Assembly (NCBI GenBank): GCA_963575745.1
Contig: CAUYUJ010000157.1
Location: forward strand, 1 to 64,000
Source of the DNA: Prorocentrum cordatum
Lineage: Eukaryota
Length of the DNA: 64,000 nucleotides
Direction of reading: 5' to 3'
A program made the position numbers and the translations under genes. The notes under the pieces are model-generated. The model saw only the letters and a list, made by a program, of their open reading frames with translations, searched no databases and was not told where the DNA came from. Positions 53,721-64,000 of the stretch are shown here, piece after piece. Numbering within the stretch: the stretch's first letter is position 1; the number at the start of each line of letters is the position of its first letter.

Positions 53721-55630
53721 CACCTGGGACACGCGGAGGAGGAAGAGGAGGAGGACGAGGAGGACGAGGAGGAGGAGGAGGAGGAAGAAGAGGAGGACGA
53801 GGAGGAGGAGGAGGAGGACGAGGAGGAGGAGGAGGAGGAGGAGGAGGAAGAGGAGAGGAGGAGGAGAAGGACGAGGAGGATGGAGGAGGAGGAGGAGGAG
53901 GAGGAGGAGGGCGCGCCGAGGTCGGCCTCCGCCTCCTCCTCCTCCTCCTCTTCCTCCTCCTCGTCCTCCTCCTCCATCCTCCAACTCTTCCTCCATCTTC
54001 TGTCCTCCATGCTCCACCCTCAATCCTCCATCCCCTGGTCTCCATCCTCCCTTGAGGGCATGTTTACATTCGCGGCCACAACGGGCGTAATGGGGGGGAG
54101 GGGGATTGTTGGATTGCGCTCTGATTCGCCGAGGAGACGGTCAAGTTAGGGGGAGGGGGGGAAGGGAGGGGGCATAACGTAGCGCCCCCCACCCTCCCCC
54201 CCCAGACTGTGGTGCCGGACGCACTGCGGCAGTACCAGGGACGCACCGAGGGGGGGGAGCGTTGCGCGATGGGGGGGAAGGGGGGGGAGGGTCGGGGGCA
54301 TGACGCGCGTCGTGTCCCAGAGGAGGAAACGGCACTGTCCTTTCTCCTCCTTTCTCCTCCTCCTCCTCCTACCTTTTCTCTTCTCTCCTCATTCCTCCTC
54401 CTCCTTCCCTCCCTCCTCCTCCCTCCTCCTTCTCACCTTCCCCTCCTCCTCCTCCTCTTCCTCCTTTCTCCTCATCCTGCTCATCCTCATCCTCCCCCCC
54501 TTTCTACCTCCTCCTCCTCCTCCCCTCCTCCTCTTCCTCCTACTCCTCATCCTCCTCCTCCTCCCGGCCGCGGACACCCCCGGCGTAGGGCCCCCGCGTG
54601 GCGTGGCCGCGGGCCGCTCCTGCGCAACCGGCCGCGGCCATGCTGCTCGAGGGCGCGGCGCCCCACGCTCGGAGGCCCGCCTGCCTCGGCCCACCTCCGC
54701 CTCCGCCGCGTCGCCGCGCGGGCGGCCGCGACGCCCAGCATCGCGCCCAGAAGTAAGCACCGAGGGATCCGCCATCGACCTCCGCCTCCTCCTCCTCCTC
54801 CTCCTCAGGCCTCCTCCTCCTCCTCCTCTCCTCCTCCTCCTCCTCCTCCTCCTCCTCCTCCTCCTCCTCCCGCCCCAAGAGGCCCCCAGGAGCACCCCAA
54901 AAGAGAGGCCCCCAAGGGGCCCCCGAGACGCCGCCAGGGGAGCCCCAGGAGGCCCCCAGGAGGCCCCAAAGAGCGCTCCGGGGCCGGCGGAAGGAGCGAA
55001 GCGGTTGAATTAAGCACCGAGAGCTCCACGCGAACTGCTCGGGTCGGCGCTGGATCCCGCTGGCGGCACCCCCGCCTGGCCCGCCTGGCGCGCTCCGCGC
55101 ACCGGGGAGGGGGGGATCCAACGCCGAAACATGCACTTAAACCTCCAGAGATCCGTGCGGCCCACTGTCGAGCAGGGACCGACCGTCCCAGAATTCCGAT
55201 AGGCCTTCCACGAAATGTCCTTGGAACCCAGAAATGTTCGACGAACAAAAAACAGTGTTCTTAGAACATAAGCCCTGCGTGTTCAAACAAGACAGCCTCG
55301 GCCAGAAATGTTCTAGGAACATTTCGTGTAGACCACACAAATATTATCAAAACATTTTTGTGGTGGGCCTATAGGCGAGCCAGGACGCTTCGCCACTGCT
55401 AGACTCTGAAAGTTTATGCGAACGCATGTTTCTTCTTCCGAGTGCCAGGAGAGCATAGCGCCGATTCCCGAAAAGCGTATGTTTAATTATACGGTTTTGT
55501 GGCTGCTCGATGTTGGCGGCGCGCCAGCCGAAGATCGCTAGCGTTTTGCGCGTCCACCGAGGCCCCTCAGCACGGCGCGAGGGCTAGCACAGGCTGCGGG
55601 CTGTCGGCGGAGCCAGCAGACGAGCTAGCA

Positions 55631-55962
55631 TCATGTCGGGCATGACCGCCTACAGGCGCATTTTGGACGAGAGGTCGAAACATACGCAAAGCATATTCAA
55701 ACTTGGCCAACAGTGGTAGAAAAAAACCGTCCTCAGACGATCTGTTCACCATTTTTGAATGTTCCTCCTGTACACGCCGTTCATTTCTAATCGTGCTCAT
55801 TTCTAATGCTGCTCGTTTCTCATTGTTCCTGGCCCCCTAGTGGCCAGGAAGAGGCCCAGGACAGAAGAATTAGAAATGAAAGGATCCTGGCCCCCAACAA
55901 AAATCGAAGAACTTTCGAAGAACTAGAAACGAACAACGTGTAGAAGGACGCGCCCGACGTAA
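55631..55962. mobile_element. MITE family 1 with a family-6 MITE nested at 55773-55940
   Basis: Perfect TSD AGCTAGCA; the nested element is flanked by TA. Confidence 0.88.
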
Positions 55963-57228
55963 AGCTAGCAGACACCCTGAGGATCCAGCCGCGGACGCAC
56001 GGGCGGCGCATGCTGCACTGGGACCGACAGGGACGCCCAGAAGAGCCTCGAGCCGCAGGGGGGAGGAGGGGGAGGAGGAGGAGGAGGAGGAGGAGGAGGA
56101 GGAGGAGGAGGAGGGAGGGGAGGAGGAGGAGGAGGAAGAGTCGACGCGAGGGGCGGCAACCTCCTTGTGAAAGGCTCGGGGGCTCTTGGAAGGGACGGGG
56201 GGGGCGTCTGCCAGGGGCTTCTCGCGGGAGGGCGTCCAAGGAGGCCCCCCCCCCCACCTTTTAAAGGGTTCCGACCCCGCACCACCCGCCCTAAACGCCC
56301 TCCTCCTCCCCAATCACCTCCCTCCGATCTCATACTCTGCAGCCTACTCGAGACCCGCTTCAGCTCATCCTCTCTCCGCCGCCTCCGCCCCCTCCGCCTC
56401 CGCCTCCGCATCGCCTCATCCACCTCACTCCGCCTCTCCTGACCCCTCCTCCTCAGCCTCCTCCAGCGGCTCCGCCTCATATCCATACCGTTAGTGTACT
56501 TGCTTGGCTCCTGGTCTCTTTTCAGGTTTGCCTCTCTCCTCCTCATCATCATCATTTCTTTCATACTCTCCTCCTCCTCCTCCTCCTACTCATCCACTCC
56601 GCACTCCTCCTCTCCTCCTCCACCTCTCAGCCTCCTCATCCTCCTCTCCTCCTCCTCCCCCGGCCTCCCCCGCCCCGACCACTTATGCTCGCCGCCGGTA
56701 ATGCACTGCATGCGCCCCAAGATGCACGCAGGCACGTGCACACATGCTTTTGTTCCCTTCGGCACGCCGATGGCACGAACCACTGGTAGACAACAATGGG
56801 AGTGCACCCTGAGAGCAAACTATCCATCTTGCGCGGACACGCGCTCGAAGCAAGGAAACCATGCCACGTCGGACGTGGCCGACCGATGGAATGCACAGAG
56901 CAGACGAATGCACGATAGGAGCGCGCGCGCGCACACGTGAGCACGCACGCGTCAGGACTTGGCGTAACGGAGCCGCGCGCTTCGGAAGCTGGTGCCCGGA
57001 GCCCGCTGGAGCGCGCTCTTGAAAGGAGGCGCGCCACTTCGAGCGAACGCGCTCCGAGCGGAGCGATCTGGGCCGCCTGCTGTCGCAGAAGAAAGCCCTG
57101 GGCGCCACCCCCGGACCTTCTTTCTTTGCAACTTCCACATCCTGAGGTCCTGCGCCTTTCTCCGTGCGTGCTCTCTTCCATAGCAGTCCCTGTCGTCCCC
57201 ATCTGCAGTCCCCGCATCGAGGCGGAAC

Positions 57229-57263
57229 GAGATGGCGCGGTAGTACAGCTCCATGTTCGACAC
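57229..57263 (-). CDS. CLTC: Clathrin heavy chain exon VSNMELYYRAIS
   Basis: 35 nt, acceptor gaag|, donor TC|GT. Matches the clathrin motif VANVELYYRAIQF. Confidence 0.93.
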
Positions 57264-57393
57264 CTTCCGGGCTCTTCCTGCAGATCTTCCTCCTCCTCCT
57301 CGCCATCATCAGCAGCAGCATCAGCATCAGCATCAGCATCAGCATCAGCATCATCATCAACATCATCACCATCACCACCACCACCATCACCAC

Positions 57394-57476
<83 letters not shown>

Positions 57477-58138
57477 GCATCATCATCACCACCACCATCA
57501 TCATCATCATCATCATCATCACCATCATCAGCATCATCATCATCATCATCATCAGCATCATCATCATCCCCGTCCGCTCTCCGTCCTCTTCAGCATCTTC
57601 CTATTCCTCCTTCCCCTAATCCTCCTCATCATGACCCAGCTCTGGAACCTCCACCTCATCCTTCTCCGCATCCTCCTCCTCCTCCTCCTCCTCCTTCTCG
57701 CCATCCTGCTCCTGACATGTCACAGCGAGCGCAGCCATTCGCCACTCAATATGTCCCTGCGGCCGCTCGCCACAGCCACTCATGACGTCCTTGGCTCGCC
57801 GTGGCGAAGAAGGCTACGCCATGCCGCTGGCCGAGGACGAGTGTGCCCGTTGGCTCGTGCCCATCCTCATCCTCCTCCTCCCACTTCCCCATCATCCTCC
57901 CCCTCCCCCGCCCCATCCTCTCCTCGTCCTCTTTCTCCCCCTCTCGTTTCTCCCGCTCCTCCTCCTCCTCCTCCTCCTCCTCCTCCTCCTCCTCCTCCTC
58001 CTCCTCAAACTCCATTTCCTTCTGCTCCTGCTCGCACTCCACGTCTCGTCCTCGTCCTCCTCGTCCTCCTCGTCCTCCTCATCCTCCTCATCCTCATCCT
58101 CTCCTCCCCTTCTGCCCGCACTCCCGCTCCCAGCCAGC

Positions 58139-58184
58139 CTTCTGCATGATCATCAGGAACTTGTCATGCGAGTAGGCCACTGGG
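58139..58184 (-). CDS. CLTC: Clathrin heavy chain exon (S)PVAYSHDKFLMIMQK; upstream exons not found in the window
   Basis: 46 nt, acceptor ctgcag|, donor AAG|GC. Joins the next exon in frame; the K|VSN join matches the conserved clathrin ..KVANVELYY segment. Confidence 0.85.
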
Positions 58185-58894
58185 CTGCAGGCGGGCACGG
58201 TGGAGATGTGTGGGGGGGTCACGACTGAAGCAGTGCGAGATCATCTCGCGCGTCTCCAGCCTGCTGCTGCCCCTCCTCCTCCTCCTCTCCTCCTCTCCTC
58301 CTCCTCAATCATCCTCCTCCTTCCTTCCTCCTCCCTCCTCCTCCTCCTCCTCCTCCTCCTCCTCCTCCCCCTCCGCATTCTCGAACTCTCATTATCTGCC
58401 TCCTCTTCCCCATCCACCTTCCCATCCCATTCCCTTTCTGGCTCATCCTCCCCATTCACCTTCCCCTTCGGCATCCGCCCTCCCCTCCTCCACAGCGACA
58501 TGCCTGCATCGTCTATCGCCCTGTGCATGTTTTCTGTTCCTCCTCCTCCTCCTCCTCGTCCTTATCCCCACCCTCCTCATCATCAGATTTCATTTCCTCT
58601 TCATCATCCCAGCCTCCGCATTCTTCGCTTCCTTATCATCATCATTTGACTCCTCTTCCGCTTCGTCGCCATTGTCCGATTCCTCCTCCTTCTCCTGCCC
58701 TCCATCTCCTGGTAATCCTGCTCTTCCTCCTAATCATCCTCTCCTCTCCTCCTATCCTCTCTCGCCTCGCTTCCTGCTGGTGTCCTAGTCCTCCTCCTCC
58801 TCCTGATCCACTTCATCCTCCCATCATCATCAGCATCATCATCAGCATCGTCGTCATCATCATCACAACCACAACCACCACCACCACCACCACC

Positions 58895-58982
<88 letters not shown>

Positions 58983-58983
58983 G

Positions 58984-59028
<45 letters not shown>

Positions 59029-59639
59029 CCATCACCATCACCATCACCATCACCATCACCATCACCATCACCATCATCATCATCATCATCCTCATCCTCA
59101 TCCTCATCCTCATCCTCCTCCTCCTCCTCCTCATCATCATCATCAACAACAACATAAACATCATCATCGGCAGCATCCTCGTCATCATCATCACCATACT
59201 CATCACCATCAGCATCATCATCGTCAGAGTCATCATACTTATCATAATCATCATCAGCAGCAGCATCGTCATCATCAGCATAGGCGTCATCAGCATCATC
59301 ACAATCACCATCATCACCGTCATCATCACCACCATCACCATCACCATCACCATCATCATCACCATCACCATCATCATCATCATCATCAGCATCATCATCA
59401 TCATCATCACCATCATCGTCAGCCGCATCATCATCAGCATAGTCATCATACTCATCATCAGCAGCAGCATCATCAGCATCATCACCATCACCATCATCAT
59501 CAGCATCATCGTCGTGATCAGCATTATCATCATCAGCAGCATCCTCATCACCACCTTAATACTCAAATCATCAGCAGCATCATCATCGGCATCGGCATCA
59601 TCATCACCGTCACCTTCACAGCCGAGTCCCGCAGCGACC

Positions 59640-62600
59640 TGTGATCGACCCACCCAGCCACCGCCCGTGCCGAGGTGCCCAGAAGCGCCGCATGCTCGGG
59701 AGAGTGCTCTCGCAGACCTGGCCAGCGTAGAACGAACAACACAATCCAGAGAACAAAGCCTGGGGCCACCTCGGCCACCAAGGGAAAGCTACATCGACGC
59801 ACCCCAGCGTGCCGCCAAGCAGACGGAGGAGCTTGACAAGCACGCGCACGTCCTCTGCGATACAAGTTGTTTGGGAACGAGGAGAAGCTGGGCAGCGTAG
59901 CTCAGCGCTGGGAGAGCTCTCGCCACGCAGTTGAGCGCGTTGGTCGATGCAGGTGCCGCCGACGCTGCAAAGTGCCGAGGCTATGCCGGTGCGCTCGGCC
60001 CAGGGGGGCTCCACGTGAGAGGAAGCACCGCGGGCCCAGACCATGGGCCAAGGCACAGAAGCTCAGCTCGCCTCCTCCCCTCCTCCTCCTCTTCTTCCGC
60101 TTCCTCCTCTTCCTCCTCCTCCTCCTCCTTCTCCTCCTCCTCCTCCTCCTCCTCCTCCTCCTCCTCCTCCTCCTCCCTCTCTAGTCAATTATCCTTCTGT
60201 GCCGCTCTCTGCGGCCCCAAGGTTAGACGCCAACGCAGGGCAGGCGGGTCCCAGCAGGCCGCGGACGCGGCAGAGGAGGGGGGGGGATGGAGGGGGGAGG
60301 CAAATTGTGGAATCGCCGGGTTGACGACGCGGCTGTCTTCAGCTGCGACCTCGATCGAGATGGCGCGTGATAGCGGAACCACCGCGCGCTCCGCTGGCTT
60401 GAGCTTGAGGATCGGGATTTCCCCCGCGACCGCCATGGCCCAAGCGGGGAATTGAGTCCACGGCGTCGAAAAGGATGCCGACGTCATCGGCGTAGGCCCG
60501 AAAAGCTCCCAGCGCACGGGATTCGATGCCCATTCTCACGATCACCGAAAATGGCGATGTCGCAGCAGCAAAGCAGACTACCAAACAGCGCGCATCCTTC
60601 AGTGATCCCGCAGCCGGTCCGAAACGTCTCCGCGACCAGTCCGCCAGCTTTGCCGACGGCAGCAGACGACGCCGCGCGTGGGCCGAACCGCAGAGGACAG
60701 AGCCGATGGGAGCTGAGGGCGCCTCGTGCGTGCTCTGGGGAGCGCGGGCGCTGCTCTCGCCGGCGCGTCCAGCGCAGGGATCTTGGGCGCAGGCTGCCCC
60801 CCCGGGAGCGACGCCCCGCGGCGCCGCAGAGGGCGTCTGATCGATAGGGGGCCGGCGCGGAGCTGAGAGTGGCCGGGCTGACCTCCGCGTCGTGCCCGAG
60901 CTGCGGGGGCCGAGCGTGCGGACCGCGTCTGGCATAAAAACTGCCAGTTTTCCGCAGCAGCCCTCGCCGGTCTCGGGGCAGACGAGGCGCAGAGAGTCTT
61001 GAGGCGCAAACGACATTGGCCAAAGAACATGACCCAAATAACATCAGCGCAAATGACAATAGCCAATGACATCAGCCAAATAACACCGAAAAACTGCTAC
61101 CGTAGCCAAATAACATCAGCGCCGAACGCGCGAGCGACCCGCGCCGCGCGGGGAAGACAGTCCACCCCGGGAGCGGTGCTGGGGAGCGCCAGCCGTCCGA
61201 GAGCTGCATCGGGCACGCGCTGCGAAGCAGCAGGGCTGAGGCGCGCAGCCGTTAGACTCCGGGGCAGGAGGCGGGCCTGGCACAAACTGGAGGCCAGTGA
61301 GAAGGGAGGAGGGAGGAGGGAGGAGAGGAGGAGGGAGGAGGGAGGAGGAGGGAGGAGGGAGGGAGGAGGAGGGAGGAGGAGGAGGAGGAGGGAGGAGGGC
61401 GAGCCAGCTTGTCCTCCGACAGGGAGGCCTGCTCACGGACCGTGGTGGCGCGCAGAGCGAGGCGTGTGGCTGACGAAACGCCCAGATTCTGAGCCTCCCT
61501 CTGCAAGGCCAAGGTCGTCCCGAAGGACGGCCAGTCCTTCCCCTTGTCGGTGCACCTGCTCCTCCTCCTCCTCCTCCTCCTCCTCCTCCTCATCCTCCTC
61601 CTCCTCCTCCTCCTCCTCCTCCTCTGGAGCTCTTCGAGCTCGGCAGCTGCAGCAGGATGGCTGCCCAGCTGGGTCGACCGAGGGCACCTTCCCGCCATGG
61701 GCTGCCACGCGCTCGCGCGCTGCGCCCGACGAGATGCCGACCTCGATCGCGGGGAGAACGTCCTGTTACCAGGTTGCTCTCGCAGCTGGCCCAGCGGATA
61801 ATTGGGGCTTCCTGGGAATCAGGTTCGCCCTGCAAGACCATGCCCCCTCCCTCGCAGGCAGCCGGAGGCATGAGGTCCTTGCATCTTTCCGGAAGCCTTG
61901 TATGGGGCGAGAGAGAGGCCTGTCCATTGGCGCGTCCAGATTGGCCTGGACTCCAGCCTCTTGTGGATCTGTCTGAAGGGGCCCCAGGACACACACACAC
62001 AAATACACACAAATAAAAAAAATATTCCCCTATTTTCCTGTACTTTTGGGGTTTTCGTCCTCCCCCCCACTTCCCATATATGTTCTGGGGAATCGACGAT
62101 TAATTGTGTCTTTGTGTTTTTTCCCTTCCTGACAGCAGCCTTGTACAGTAGGGGCGAGAGAGAGAGGCCATGCTCTCACTGTCCGTTGCGATGAGCGCGT
62201 CCAGATTGGCCTGAATTCCGGCCTCTCGTGGATCTGTCTCGGGGCAGGCTCTCGGCTGCACGCAAGAGCGACCCTGGGTAAGAGTGACCTTTGGTGCGCG
62301 GCTTTTTGTGGGCCGCGTGGGGACCAAACCTGGGCGTGCAAGCCGTTGCTCCTGCTTCGTTTCAGCCATCTGGGGACCCATCTGTGCCCGCACCAAAGGT
62401 CACTCCGGTGAAAGGTCACTCTTACGTCTGGTCGAGGCTCGACTGCCTCATCTTCGCGAAGCCGGTGTCGAAGTACCAAGCGAACGGCAGCGCGGTCGAA
62501 AGCAGTAGCTCCAGGCAGCCGACGGCAGCGGTGAAGCGGAACAACTGACGAGACATACCGTGGCTGCGCGCGTCGCAATGCCGAATCTCCGCCTGGCCCT

Positions 62601-64000
62601 GCCGCGACACTGTCTTTACACACTTTCCCCAAAACAATAATAGACGCCGATGGGAGAGCTGAGGCCGACAACGAAATAGGGGCTACCGTGGCGACACCAC
62701 TGCGAGCATGATGTTTCCTTACTTCTTCAAAAGACCCAAGCGCGAGAATCAGGAGCCACCATGGTCATGGAGATCCTGAGCTCGTCGATGTCCTGGCGCG
62801 CCTCTTGAACGACAACGATCGAGCTCGATATGCCAGACTTGTGGAAGTATGGTGGCTTTCGGTATAGCCATCCACCCGCGAAACTGAAGGGGGACACGAG
62901 CATTCCACGCAACGAAAGCGATCGTACCAGGCTTGGGTGGAGGCCCACCTTCGAATTTGTGGCGGAAGAGCCCTTCAAAGACGCTGAAGAGACCACTCTG
63001 GCGCCGCAGTCGGCCCGATGACAAGATTGACGGTCTTGGTCAGGTGCTCCCAAGACCATCCACACTGCACCAGAACTGCCTCGTGCTACACAATAGCGTG
63101 TGGTGTGGCCGCGTCCAGGCCGTGGCTCCAGCCGAAGGATCGGGCTCCGACTTTCTGAGATCCAGCCATTCTGCCTGTCGGAGAAGAACTTGTGGTCGGT
63201 GTGGCGTTCGCGAAGGAGGCGCGTGATCTTCTTGCCAACGACCTCCATGTTCACTTGGCGGGTGCTCCTGTCTGGAACGACGTGGGGTTGCGCAGAGCCA
63301 CCAGGCGCAGCCGGCACGGGGAAGCGGACCCATTGACCTCCCCCAAAGAGACGGAGAGCCGCCAGCGCCTGCTGCACCCTTTTCCCAACAATGCCAGTCG
63401 CACCTGCGAACTGCACCGAAAATATCGTGTCCATGTCCCCGCCACCAACCGCGAAGCCACTCGCCAGCAGTCTTGGGCCACGCCTCGACGGGGGCGGCCA
63501 CGCCCATCCTGCGCACCATCGTCGGGGCCACCACCTTGAGGATCGTACCGTCCACGTCCTGCTTGAAGGGGGTGGGTGGCATCCATACGTGGCGGCGGAG
63601 GAACACGATTGGCCATGACGAGCTCGTTCCGCGTCTCGTCCATGGAAGCGCGCGTGTCGTCGATTTGCCTGGCGTGGTCAGTGCCCCTGATGTCCAGCGA
63701 GCCAGCCCTTGCAGTGACATTGACGATCTGAGCTTGGATATGGCGCTCGGTGGAGCTCGATGTCGGGCCTAATCGATTTCCCAATGTTTTTTCTGCATAA
63801 GCTGGGACTGTTAACGGGGGGCATCCAGTGCTTTGGTCGCAGCATGGGCGGGAGATGCTGCACCGTCAGCAGATATCAGAAACTGCCTTGGCGTGTCCCG
63901 CCATGAGCTCGCCCAGCTCGGCTTTGATTTCCGTGATCTTGGAAGAGAGCCGTGCACCAATGTGTCCTGTAATGTACAGGGTCCCATGAGTTCGGGTCCG
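59640..64000 (-). mobile_element. Decayed LINE: ORF1-like region, EEP endonuclease and RT fragments, interrupted by microsatellites and a MITE
   Basis: RAYADDVG at about 60480-60500, GITEGCALFGSL at about 60580-60610, and AWNAR...VVQE endonuclease N-terminus at about 62800-62920; many frameshifts. Confidence 0.75.

Overview
This is GC-rich, repeat-dense eukaryotic DNA, most likely a dinoflagellate (inferred from GC/GA 5' splice sites, micro-exons in multi-kb introns, and possible spliced-leader relics). Almost all of the supplied ORFs are artefacts of (CCT)n, (CAT)n and (TAG)n microsatellites or high GC. The real backbone is a minus-strand clathrin heavy chain gene: nine exons of 35-88 nt (544 nt in total) between 58184 and 1488 that splice in frame to SPVAYSHDKFLMIMQK|VSNMELYYRAIS|FYLEENPMQLNALLNTITAKVDHARVVQQ|VKKAGQLPLILPFLKTVQQHNSTAVNE|AINELYVEAEMHAELRQSIE|DFDNFDQIALAQKMEKHELA|EMRRIAALVYKKNKRYKQSIDMSK|NDGMFRDAMETARDSGNQ|DLAETLLKGFIQSDNK. 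The donors are 6 GC, 2 GA and 1 GT. Nested on the same strand inside its 17.4-kb intron is a second gene (about 13550 to 8064) encoding coiled-coil / SH3-like / HET-like / 10x LRR domains. Its 3' 2.27 kb is intronless, while its 5' introns coincide with terminal-inverted-repeat (TIR) elements, which suggests a retrogene being re-intronised by MITE introners. The introns also hold at least 8 MITE families with readable TIRs (most with target-site duplications, TSDs), decayed LINE retrotransposons, a Helentron/HINE-like element carrying a 72-bp minisatellite, satellites and several kb of (TAG)n. All calls are by eye from the sequence; no database searches were run.
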